Shown in pieces: positions 6,254-14,395 of a DNA stretch of 16,210 nt. The stretch is taken from positions 1 through 16,210 of the IMG/VR virus record IMGVR_UViG_3300045988_142703; one strand, given 5' to 3'. Each line of letters begins with the position of its first letter. Positions within the stretch are counted from its first letter, which is position 1. Below the pieces are notes generated by a model that saw only the letters and a program-made list of their open reading frames with translations, did not search any database and was not told the origin of the DNA. The translations under genes and the position numbers were made by a program. Source of the stretch: a virus.

Positions 6254-8440
6254 ATGGCGAATCAGCAGCCGACAATCCTTGACGAGTTCGATTATTCCGT
6301 CTGGACACCGAACACGGTCATTGAGCTCATGCAGGTTCCGTGGGATTCGTCCTACCGCGATTTGGTGCGGTTCGAAGATTCCGACGCGAAAAAACAATGG
6401 TTCACGACCCAGGCTGCGAAGGGAACGGGAGCCCGGCTCACGGGCCTGGTTTATCTGAGATACGGGGAGCCCGTGCGGGTTCCCCTTCCCTTTTCCCAGT
6501 GCAATCAATTTAACTATTTAGTTGCACGCAATCCGCAGCAGCCCGTGCCGTCCCGCTCATCCACACCGACGCGCCAGCCGGACACGTTTTACTATTTTGT
6601 CACAGATGTTCAATACCTGGCCCCCAACTGCACCTTGCTAAATGTGCAGTTGGATGTATGGCAGACGTACTATGAGCGCTTGACATTCGGGCGTTCATAT
6701 GTCACGCGCGGACATATTGCCATGGCGAACAGCAACGCCACAATTCGCAACCTTGCCGACTACCTTACCGAGCCCGAGGGTTTGGAGTACGGCGACGAAT
6801 ACGAGGTAGTGCATCAGGAATTTGTGCCGATGACCCCCAGCGATGCCGAACCATGGGTTTTCATTATGTCCAACACGCGTCTAGATGAGGACTGGGGCAA
6901 TGTGCAGACCCCGAAACTCCAAACGGCCCAGGGCTCGAAGATCAACGGCGTGGTGGGCGGCGCCGCCTGTTACGTGGTTAAGTTCTCGGATTTTCTCGAA
7001 ACGGTCATGTGGCGTTTGGCGCAAGCCCCGTGGGTGTCGCAGGGCATTATGCAGATCACCATTCTACCCTCCGAAATGGTCAGCGTTGACACGTCCGGCA
7101 CCCCTGTGTACCTCGCCAACGATTCGAGTGCGGCGGGGTGCAGGTTGTACCCTCTTGCGTCCAATGCAAAGAGCTTCACCATTCGCACCATTACGGACAT
7201 TTGGCAAAAGTTCGCAATTCCCGAGCGTTATTACGATCTGTTAAAGCTCTACACCTCCCCCTATTGCATAATGGAGGTCACCAGTCTGCAGGGCGCACCC
7301 CTCATCTGCAAACCCGAGTGCTTCACGGTTGCCGCCGACGGGAATTCTGTCAACTGGCGTTACACCTATTGCGTCTGCCCGCCTGAAACCAAAATCGCGT
7401 GCTGGCCCACTCGTTACAATGCAGGTGCTGGCGACGATGCGTTGGCGGTGAGCGTCTACAACGGCGCGGGCCGCACTGTCAACGCCAATTTTGATGACGG
7501 CGAGGGGATGGATTTCGCGTGTCAGATCAGCAATTTTCCCCAGCTCTCAATTGTCAACAACATGTACCAAAACTACCTGGCGAGCACGGCCAATACCCGG
7601 GCGTTTCAGTTCTCGAATGCGTCGTGGGCACAGCAAAAGAGCTTGACCGCAGCCAACAATGCCTACAACGTCGCCCAGGCGGGCATGGACACGGCCCAGC
7701 GCAATCAGGACATTGCAAACCAGTTGACCATGCGGCAAACGGGCATCGGGTTGGAGCAAAACACGTGGAACGGTATTAAGAACATAGGAGGCTCGGTGGC
7801 CGGGGGAATCGGTGCGCTCGCGTCCGGCAATGTCGGCGGGGCCCTGTCGGGGGCCGCAAACGCCGCCCTGGGCTATGCCGACATGAGTTTCCAGGCGGAT
7901 TGGATGACCCGAAGCGCCGCCAATCAGATGAGCGCGCAGAATCAGACTTTGCGCAGCAACCTGGGTTACCAGGCCTATACCGCCGACACCAATTACAGCT
8001 ATGCCAATTTCGCCGCCAACGGCGACTACCAACAGGCGATTCAGGGCATCAACGCGACGGTGCGCGATGCGGCGCTGACTCAGCCTAGCGTGAGCGGCCA
8101 ACTCGGCGGCTCCATGTACAATTGGGCAAACGGCTATGTGGGCTTCCTTTTCAAATGGAAGCGAATCAAAACCCAGTACCTGCACCAAATCGGTGATTAC
8201 TTCATGCGCTATGGGTATTATGTAAACCGTTTTCTGGTGCCCCCCGCCGACCTGAAATGTATGAACCATTTCACCTACTGGCAGTTGCAGGACGCTGTTA
8301 TCTATGGCAATCTTCCCGAGGCGTTCCGTCAGGCATTGCGCGGCATTTTCGAAAGCGGTTGCACAGTGTGGAGCAATCCGGATGAGATCGGCAGAATCGA
8401 TTACGCCGTTAACACGGCGGTAAGCGGGGTGAGTTATTAA
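6254..8440 (+). CDS. Tail knob / distal tube protein (phi29 gp9-like), 728 aa
   Basis: EGLEYGDEYEVV matches phi29 gp9 EGLNYGSEYDIV. SPYCIMEVTSLQG matches YPYCVTEVTDFKG. YFMRYGYYVNRF..HFTYWQLQD matches FFHKYGYKINRV..AFNYVQTKD. A Gly/Ala-rich internal loop lies at about 7770-7870. Confidence 0.85.
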   Translation: MANQQPTILDEFDYSVWTPNTVIELMQVPWDSSYRDLVRFEDSDAKKQWFTTQAAKGTGARLTGLVYLRYGEPVRVPLPFSQCNQFNYLVARNPQQPVPSRSSTPTRQPDTFYYFVTDVQYLAPNCTLLNVQLDVWQTYYERLTFGRSYVTRGHIAMANSNATIRNLADYLTEPEGLEYGDEYEVVHQEFVPMTPSDAEPWVFIMSNTRLDEDWGNVQTPKLQTAQGSKINGVVGGAACYVVKFSDFLETVMWRLAQAPWVSQGIMQITILPSEMVSVDTSGTPVYLANDSSAAGCRLYPLASNAKSFTIRTITDIWQKFAIPERYYDLLKLYTSPYCIMEVTSLQGAPLICKPECFTVAADGNSVNWRYTYCVCPPETKIACWPTRYNAGAGDDALAVSVYNGAGRTVNANFDDGEGMDFACQISNFPQLSIVNNMYQNYLASTANTRAFQFSNASWAQQKSLTAANNAYNVAQAGMDTAQRNQDIANQLTMRQTGIGLEQNTWNGIKNIGGSVAGGIGALASGNVGGALSGAANAALGYADMSFQADWMTRSAANQMSAQNQTLRSNLGYQAYTADTNYSYANFAANGDYQQAIQGINATVRDAALTQPSVSGQLGGSMYNWANGYVGFLFKWKRIKTQYLHQIGDYFMRYGYYVNRFLVPPADLKCMNHFTYWQLQDAVIYGNLPEAFRQALRGIFESGCTVWSNPDEIGRIDYAVNTAVSGVSY

Positions 8441-9393
8441 TGGGTAAGAACAAGCCCAAGGCCGTTGTCTCCATACGCGACGGTGTGGCGACAATCAACA
8501 ACCAGCATCAGGCGCAATCGCGCAATGACGAGTACTATATGTTGTGGTATGACAACCTCTATCAGCTGGCAGCGGCCACGATCACCTGGGAGGGGATGCC
8601 CTCGGAAATTGATCGGCGCTTTGTGAACATGGCGCTGTTCGGTTCCGGTGTGGTGGTGTTCTATTGGGACAGTGATTACGACAAATATTTCTGTCTGCGT
8701 GCTGTTCCCAGCGGCACCATTGACATGTACAACAACCCAACCGCCTTCACCGCCTACGGGGCTGGCAATTACCATAAGCGGCTGAGTGCTGCCGAGTGCG
8801 TACCGATTTGGCTCAATTACAGGCGCGTCGGCATCCTGCCGATCATCGACCTATACGCGCGGCGGCTGGCAAACTACGACCGCACTATAGATGTCAACCT
8901 GGCCCAGCACAAAACGCCCGCCATCATCGAGTGCGACGAGCTGCAAAAGCTCAGCGTCGAAAACGCGCTCATGCAGGTTTACCAGGGCAAGCCCGTCGTG
9001 TTGGGCACCCCGGGGCTAACTTCGCTGTTGCAGGCCCATTACATCACCAATGAGGCCGCCTACATTGTAGATAAGCTCAACGATGACAAGAAAACATGCC
9101 TGCACGAGTTTCTCACGCTAATCGGCGTTGACAACTCGCCCGTTGACAAAATGGCGCGTGTGCAGTCTGCGGAGGTGGGCAGCAACAACGGCGAGATTGA
9201 AATGTTCCGCCTGGTGCGCTTCGACACCATCCGCGAGGGGTGCAAGGCCGTCAATCGCATGTACGGCACCACCGACGGCAACCGCCCTGCCGTGACGTTG
9301 TGGGCCGATTTCAATGGCGACTGGTCATCTGAGAACTGGGAGGCGCTAAACACATTGGAAGAGGTGAGCGACGATGACGGGCTACCCGATTAA
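8440..9393 (+). CDS. Head-tail connector / portal (upper collar, phi29 gp10-like), 317 aa
   Basis: YIVDKLNDDKK matches phi29 gp10 YVVDKLNAQKN. EFLTLIGV matches EMMTFLGI. Size and position fit. Its TAATG start overlaps the knob stop. Confidence 0.8.
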   Translation: MGKNKPKAVVSIRDGVATINNQHQAQSRNDEYYMLWYDNLYQLAAATITWEGMPSEIDRRFVNMALFGSGVVVFYWDSDYDKYFCLRAVPSGTIDMYNNPTAFTAYGAGNYHKRLSAAECVPIWLNYRRVGILPIIDLYARRLANYDRTIDVNLAQHKTPAIIECDELQKLSVENALMQVYQGKPVVLGTPGLTSLLQAHYITNEAAYIVDKLNDDKKTCLHEFLTLIGVDNSPVDKMARVQSAEVGSNNGEIEMFRLVRFDTIREGCKAVNRMYGTTDGNRPAVTLWADFNGDWSSENWEALNTLEEVSDDDGLPD

Positions 9394-10135
9394 CTACCAT
9401 GTGGGCGCGACCTTCACGGTGGAGCTGGGTTGTTTGCTAGAAAACGGTTTCGACCTGGGCATGAATTCGTATCCGATTTTCGATGACGATTACCGGGAAC
9501 AGCTCAACAACAAGATCATCGAGCATTTTTGGTTTCGCGAAATCGGCCAGGAAACGCCCCGGCTTTTCAAGATGTTGCTCAATCGTACCATGAACGAGAT
9601 CATGCCGTATTACAACGAGTTGTACAAAAGTACGCTTTTGGATTACAATCCGCTGGCGAACGTGGATGTCACCACGACGGGCAATCGCGACATTGCGAGG
9701 GCCGAAGATCGCACCACCGATCGAACGGACACCTATGCCACCAACCGCAGCGAGTCGGCGCAATCGTCCAGCGGTTCAAACACGGCCAGCACGGGGCGCA
9801 CCGTCAACAGCATGACCCCGCAGATGCAGCTCGCGGGCAATGAGGATTACGCATCAAGTCTGGTGGACGTGTCCAGCAACGCCGATACCAACGGCACCAC
9901 GCAGAGCAGCGCCAGCAGCGGAGACAGCGGCCAGACAGACGTTAACGAGTTGGCGAAGATGAACGCGACGGATACCGAGAACTACGTCAACCACGTTGCC
10001 GGATTGCAGGGCATTACTGCCGCAAACGCGATTATGCAGATGCGGGACGCTATTATAAACGTGGACATGATGGTAATATATGCGTTGGAACCCCTGTTTA
10101 TGCAGGTGTGGAATACTGGCATGGGATTGTATTAG
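9374..10135 (+). CDS. Putative lower collar protein (gp11-like), 253 aa
   Basis: It sits between the connector and the tail-fibre genes. It has a long Ser/Thr/Gly/Asn-rich central segment, consistent with the extended beta-hairpin tube region of Picovirinae lower collar proteins. It overlaps the connector gene by 20 nt. Confidence 0.5.
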   Translation: MTGYPINYHVGATFTVELGCLLENGFDLGMNSYPIFDDDYREQLNNKIIEHFWFREIGQETPRLFKMLLNRTMNEIMPYYNELYKSTLLDYNPLANVDVTTTGNRDIARAEDRTTDRTDTYATNRSESAQSSSGSNTASTGRTVNSMTPQMQLAGNEDYASSLVDVSSNADTNGTTQSSASSGDSGQTDVNELAKMNATDTENYVNHVAGLQGITAANAIMQMRDAIINVDMMVIYALEPLFMQVWNTGMGLY

Positions 10136-10145
10136 GAGGTGTAAA

Positions 10146-10694
10146 ATGGGATGTTACACAGGACTGTTCGGGTACGACGGCATTATGACCCCCTACGGCC
10201 CCAATCAGGTGTCGTGGCCGTTGGTCTACGATCAAAGCGTTTCAATCGTGCAGCAAATCGCATACATTATGGGTGCCGTCAACACGCTGCACGACGAGCA
10301 GGGCACCTGGGCCACGAAAACCGATCTTGACGACCTCGCGGACGCTTTCGAGGCCGACCAGGAGCAGCAGACAACGGCACTGAAAAAATATGCCGATGAT
10401 GCAGATGCGAAACTGTATGACAAGATTGTGCAGCTCATCGGCGAAATGCAGAAAAGCGCGGCCATCTGGGATGTTACCCAGGGCAAATTTACCGACAGCG
10501 TTACCGCTATGCGCAATCTGTACACGTGGACGAGTGTCCACGCCATCACCGTTGCCGAGCTGGCAGCGTCCACCGTCGCGCCCACCGTGGCAGACCTCGC
10601 GGCGCAAAGCCTCAATGTGCGAGGGCTGGCGACGTGGAGCATGGAGCTTAAAGAGGGCTGGGCAGAGCCAGCCGGAATCAGACAGGAGGCTTAG
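10146..10694 (+). CDS. Hypothetical protein, 182 aa, probably structural (tail or appendage-associated) given its context
   Basis: An aggagg RBS is followed by ATG at 10146 (MGCYTGLFGYDG...). It lies within the late structural operon. It is acidic with an Ala-rich C-terminus. I recognise no motif. Confidence 0.45.
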   Translation: MGCYTGLFGYDGIMTPYGPNQVSWPLVYDQSVSIVQQIAYIMGAVNTLHDEQGTWATKTDLDDLADAFEADQEQQTTALKKYADDADAKLYDKIVQLIGEMQKSAAIWDVTQGKFTDSVTAMRNLYTWTSVHAITVAELAASTVAPTVADLAAQSLNVRGLATWSMELKEGWAEPAGIRQEA

Positions 10695-10696
10695 AC

Positions 10697-11659
10697 ATGA
10701 CAACTTTCACGCCGAATTTCGACCTGGATTTGTACGAGGGCACGGACAAACCCGACCTTGCCGACCAGTACGCCGCCGCCATGCAAAAGATCGATACGGC
10801 CTTGCAGGCGGCTTTGGAGGCGCGGGCCGAATTGCAGAACAGCATTGGGACGCTCAACATTAATTTGACGGCCACCAACAAGGAGGTTTCTGACAATACG
10901 TCTGCAATCGCCGCCAATTCTGCGAGCATTGCCAGCCTGGACAGTTCCGTGGCTGACAATACGTCTGCAATCGCCGCCAATTCTGCGAGCATTGCCAGCC
11001 TGGACAGTTCCGTGGCATCGCTTAAAACCGAGGTGGACAAGAACACTCCGTTGGTCGAGGCCCACGTTAATTACTTTGCCGACCTCGGCGTGACCGATGA
11101 CCAGAGCGCCCAGGACTTGCACGAGCAAATTGACCAGAGTTTTCAGGGTGTTATGAGCAATACGCAGAGCATTACCGCATTGGAGCGGCAGCTGGGAGAG
11201 ACATACGATTTCGATGTGTCCGATGCTGTCAAGCCGCCGTGGCAAGATCGTTATAATTACTTTTACGTCGCAGTTAACAAACACAAGAACATACTGAAAT
11301 TCTACGGCATGATGATAGCGCAAACCGAATGGACAGCCACGAAACAAGCTGTACCCGGAGTGGTTATCGATGGAGAACAGTACTACGGAATCAAGCTTGA
11401 TTACGACACTGGGCTGAGACTTGAAAAGGGGCGTTATATTAACAACACGGGCATTTATTGGCGAGGAGGAGTCTTCTCGGCCACAAACGTCGCCACTCTT
11501 CCGTTCTCAATCGGCACCGATGGTTATATTTATGTGATGACGAACAATGTACCCGGTGAAATTACTTTGCCCGAAAACAGCGTTGGTATGCTTTTCCAGT
11601 GCCCTGTTTACCTTGGCGCGGGCGAGTGGGGTGTAGCACCCGAGCAACCAGGTGTGTAG
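10697..11659 (+). CDS. Putative tail fibre / receptor-binding protein with an N-terminal coiled-coil stalk carrying a tandem 21-aa duplication, 320 aa
   Basis: The N-terminal 130 aa are predicted helical with heptad-like periodicity (ALQAALEARAELQNSIGTLNINL...). They include two exact copies of DNTSAIAANSASIASLDSSVA. The C-terminal 150 aa are rich in Gly, Tyr and Asn, typical of a receptor-binding head. The gene lies between the collar and wall-hydrolase genes. Confidence 0.5.
   Translation: MTTFTPNFDLDLYEGTDKPDLADQYAAAMQKIDTALQAALEARAELQNSIGTLNINLTATNKEVSDNTSAIAANSASIASLDSSVADNTSAIAANSASIASLDSSVASLKTEVDKNTPLVEAHVNYFADLGVTDDQSAQDLHEQIDQSFQGVMSNTQSITALERQLGETYDFDVSDAVKPPWQDRYNYFYVAVNKHKNILKFYGMMIAQTEWTATKQAVPGVVIDGEQYYGIKLDYDTGLRLEKGRYINNTGIYWRGGVFSATNVATLPFSIGTDGYIYVMTNNVPGEITLPENSVGMLFQCPVYLGAGEWGVAPEQPGV
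10891..11016 (+). repeat. Perfect 63-bp tandem duplication (two copies, 62/63 identical) inside the tail-fibre gene
   Basis: The unit gacaatacgtctgcaatcgccgccaattctgcgagcattgccagcctggacagttccgtggct lies at 10891-10953. A second copy lies at 10954-11016, ending ..gtggca instead of ..gtggct. The duplication is in frame (21 aa, three heptads). Confidence 0.9.
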
Positions 11660-11661
11660 GT

Positions 11662-12930
11662 ATGGCCACCCCTGCACAAATAATCGAGTACAGCAAGTAC
11701 TGCATTGCCGCCGTGGAGTCTGATTTCACGTGGAATTCAGTTTACTGGGTGGATGCCATCACGTTGGGGATGTGGCAGTACTGGGGGCCCGAGGCAGGCG
11801 ACCATTTGCATCGAATGAAAGACCAGACCCCCGACGATTACGCGCAACTGTCGGCGAGCCTCCGCGCAAACGTGGAGGCTCACCCCGCTTCCTCGTCGTG
11901 GTGGGAGGGGTACCACTGGACACAGGCCGAGGGCAATTCTTGGAAGGCCGTCGCCAAGGATTCCGCGCAGAACCACGCCTTGCAGGAGCAGCAGATAAAC
12001 GAGCAACAGCAAACACAGCTCGATTACGTCATTGCTCAGTACGGTGCGAGCCTGGACAACCCCAAAGTTGCCGTTTACGTGCTCAACATGTACCACCAGA
12101 GCCCCGCCGCCTGCGGGCGCGTGTGCCGCTCCATAGGCGCGGGCACGGCATCGTTGGCGACGTGCCACACAACCGCCCTCAACGACAGGGTGCTGGGCAA
12201 CTATGCCACCCGTTACAACCGCGTAAAGGCGCTTTTAGATGCGTGGGACGGCACCAGTGCCCCGCCTGATTACGGTCAGGTGGGGCAGGTGACTGAAGGC
12301 GGCGATTCGCCGACCATCCAGGCCAAGCCATTGCAGTTGTCCTACATCATCCAAAGCGGAGATACTCTTTTGCTCTACGGCGCGGAAGGGTCGGGGTTTG
12401 AGAACGGAGTGCCCTTTTTCGCCGCCGGGGCTCAAAGATGGGTACCATCAAACAACCCGACCAACGTTGGCACCGATTCGGATTATTCCGACTCGGGCAC
12501 AGGCACGGGCAGCACCGCCGCCGCGCAGATCGTGGCCCTCATGGAATCATGGGAAAACCAATTCAGTTATTCGCAGTCTGGCGACCGACTGCACCCGGAT
12601 AAATCCGGTTATGGGGATTGCTCATCGGTGGTTTGGCGGGCCTATCAGCTCATCACAGGTAAGGACGTGGGCACCTGGACGGGCGAGCAGCGCACCAAGG
12701 GCCGAATGATCGCCAAGGGAGGGCCCGGCGATGCTTTTCCCGTATCGTCGGCCCAACCTGCGGATCTGCTCCAGGTGACGCACACCAACGGGGTTCAGCA
12801 TGTGGAAATGTACATGGGCGGTAACAGGCTTATGGGACACGGGTCGGCGCCCGGGCCCCATTGGAACAACTACAGCGCGACGGAGTATTGCGCCCGCCAA
12901 TCGGAATGGCAGCTTCGGAGGTACCTCTAA
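11662..12930 (+). CDS. Tail-associated peptidoglycan hydrolase (functional analogue of phi29 gp13), 422 aa. The N-terminal domain is lytic-transglycosylase (SLT)-like and the C-terminal domain is an NlpC/P60-like cysteine peptidase.
   Basis: The N-terminus has AVESDFTWNSVYWVDAITLGMWQYWG, an SLT-like pattern (ES...GLMQ with a catalytic Glu). The C-terminus has SGYGDCSSVVWRAY (Cys motif) and ADLLQVTHTNGVQHVEMYMGG (His motif), as in NlpC/P60. It lies downstream of the fibre gene and upstream of the packaging ATPase. Confidence 0.7.
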   Translation: MATPAQIIEYSKYCIAAVESDFTWNSVYWVDAITLGMWQYWGPEAGDHLHRMKDQTPDDYAQLSASLRANVEAHPASSSWWEGYHWTQAEGNSWKAVAKDSAQNHALQEQQINEQQQTQLDYVIAQYGASLDNPKVAVYVLNMYHQSPAACGRVCRSIGAGTASLATCHTTALNDRVLGNYATRYNRVKALLDAWDGTSAPPDYGQVGQVTEGGDSPTIQAKPLQLSYIIQSGDTLLLYGAEGSGFENGVPFFAAGAQRWVPSNNPTNVGTDSDYSDSGTGTGSTAAAQIVALMESWENQFSYSQSGDRLHPDKSGYGDCSSVVWRAYQLITGKDVGTWTGEQRTKGRMIAKGGPGDAFPVSSAQPADLLQVTHTNGVQHVEMYMGGNRLMGHGSAPGPHWNNYSATEYCARQSEWQLRRYL

Positions 12931-13985
12931 TGGCCGTGACGCTCGCAACGGATAACGTGCATTGGTCTAGCCATGACCTGCTCACCCGGGGCGGTATGTG
13001 GAATTACGCCATTGGGGGGCGCGGTGTGGGAAAAACCTATGACGCGAAGCTGAAACGCACGAAGCATTTTCTTAAAACTGGGAAGCAGTTTATCTATATG
13101 CGACGTTACGAAACCGAGTTCGCCGACAAGCAGGAGCTTTTCCAGGACGTGAAAGAGGAGTTTCCGAACCACGAAATCAAGGTGGAGGGCATGAGGGCCT
13201 ACATTCGGAAGAACACCGAAGTGGACGAGGACGGCAACGAGACCAAGCACCCCTGGCGGCTCTTCTGCTTTCTGGTGGCACTTTCTACAACTGTGGGCAA
13301 AAAATCGGTGCCCTACCCGGATGTTGATTACATTGTGTTCGATGAGTTTATCATTGACAAAGGTTTCATTCGCTATATCAGCAATGAGGTACGTATATTT
13401 CTGGAATTTTACAACACGGTGGACAGATTCACCGACCGTGTGCGGGTGCTGTTCCTCGCCAACGCCATTTCGATTGTCAACCCCTATTTTGTCTATTTCG
13501 GCATCAAACCGCGCAAGGGCCAACGCTTTTGCTCGATGATGGAGGGTTATCATGTGTGCGAAATGATAGAGTCAGAGGCCTACGTGGAGCGCGTCACGCA
13601 AACGAAATTCGGGCGCATGATCGCCAACACAGAGTATTTCGATTACGCCGTGGCCAACCGCTTCACCAACGATGAGAGCGAGTTCATAGCACCGAAATCG
13701 CCCCGCGCCGTGTACCAGTACAGTATAATATTCGACGGCCAGAAAATGGCCGTGTGGTACGATGCCGCCGACAACCGTTATTATGTTTGCGACCGTATCC
13801 CGCCAGACAAAGCGGCATATGTTGTGACAAAGCACGATCAGTCACCTGACATGATGATGGTTGATCGCGCGTCGCCATTGCTCAAGGGTCTTAAACGACT
13901 GTACATGATGGGAGGTGTCTATTTTACCAATGCGGCCATGCAGTCGGCCTTTTTCGATCTGCTCGACTATTTGAATCTACGTTAG
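12930..13985 (+). CDS. DNA packaging ATPase (phi29 gp16-like), 351 aa
   Basis: NYAIGGRGVGKTYDAKL...GKQFIYMRRYETEFADK...EFPNHEIKVEG aligns with phi29 gp16 NFVIGARGIGKSYAMKV...GEQFIYVRRYKPELAKV...EFPDHELVVKG. Walker A is GGRGVGKT and Walker B is YIVFDEF. A GGAGG RBS precedes the ATG at 12930, which forms a TAATG overlap. Confidence 0.92.
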   Translation: MAVTLATDNVHWSSHDLLTRGGMWNYAIGGRGVGKTYDAKLKRTKHFLKTGKQFIYMRRYETEFADKQELFQDVKEEFPNHEIKVEGMRAYIRKNTEVDEDGNETKHPWRLFCFLVALSTTVGKKSVPYPDVDYIVFDEFIIDKGFIRYISNEVRIFLEFYNTVDRFTDRVRVLFLANAISIVNPYFVYFGIKPRKGQRFCSMMEGYHVCEMIESEAYVERVTQTKFGRMIANTEYFDYAVANRFTNDESEFIAPKSPRAVYQYSIIFDGQKMAVWYDAADNRYYVCDRIPPDKAAYVVTKHDQSPDMMMVDRASPLLKGLKRLYMMGGVYFTNAAMQSAFFDLLDYLNLR

Positions 13986-13993
13986 GAGTTTAT

Positions 13994-14395
13994 ATGTATC
14001 TGCTCACTATGGTAGAGATTTGGGCGCTAGTGTTCACATGCGTCTTTATTCTCTTCGACGTGCTCACGGGCGTTGCCGTGGGATTCCTCAAAACGGGGCT
14101 TTCGTCGGCCAAGTCCCACGAGGGGGTGCAACATAAAGTAGGATTGATTTTGGCAATGGTGCTGGGTGTTCTGCTGCACATCTGCCAGCAATTCTTCGAT
14201 TTGGGTATTCACATCCCCATTCTCGTGTTCATCTGCCTCTATATTACCTTTACCGAGATCATTTCAATTTGCGAGAACATCGGGGAATTGTCGCCCCAAC
14301 TCAAAGACTCGCGTTTCATGAAACTTTTCCAATTTGCCGTCGACGGCAAGGACAATTTGGCCGATGATGGCGAGGAGGCGCACCATGGGGCTTAA
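13994..14395 (+). CDS. Holin, 133 aa, with three predicted TM helices
   Basis: Three hydrophobic segments are present (IWALVFTCVFILFDVLTGVAV, VGLILAMVLGVLLHI, IPILVFICLYITFTEIISI). The tail is charged. It lies immediately upstream of the endolysin and overlaps it. It has a taggag RBS. Confidence 0.7.
   Translation: MYLLTMVEIWALVFTCVFILFDVLTGVAVGFLKTGLSSAKSHEGVQHKVGLILAMVLGVLLHICQQFFDLGIHIPILVFICLYITFTEIISICENIGELSPQLKDSRFMKLFQFAVDGKDNLADDGEEAHHGA

Noticed and set aside
4895-6508. 537-aa ORF on the minus strand, antisense to the major capsid gene
   Set aside because: It is a high-GC antisense artefact. The translation is Arg/Gly/Leu/Val-rich and low-complexity. It has no RBS and it completely overlaps a gene with strong homology. 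The same applies to 7547-8494(-), 10691-11347(-), 10242-10703(-), 12927-13553(-), 8437-8775(-), 679-1002(-) and 1645-1929(-).
13994-14212. Minus-strand small ORFs (13990-14181, 14027-14212) inside the holin gene
   Set aside because: They are antisense to a membrane-protein gene with a clear RBS and clear lysis-cassette context. There are no expression signals.
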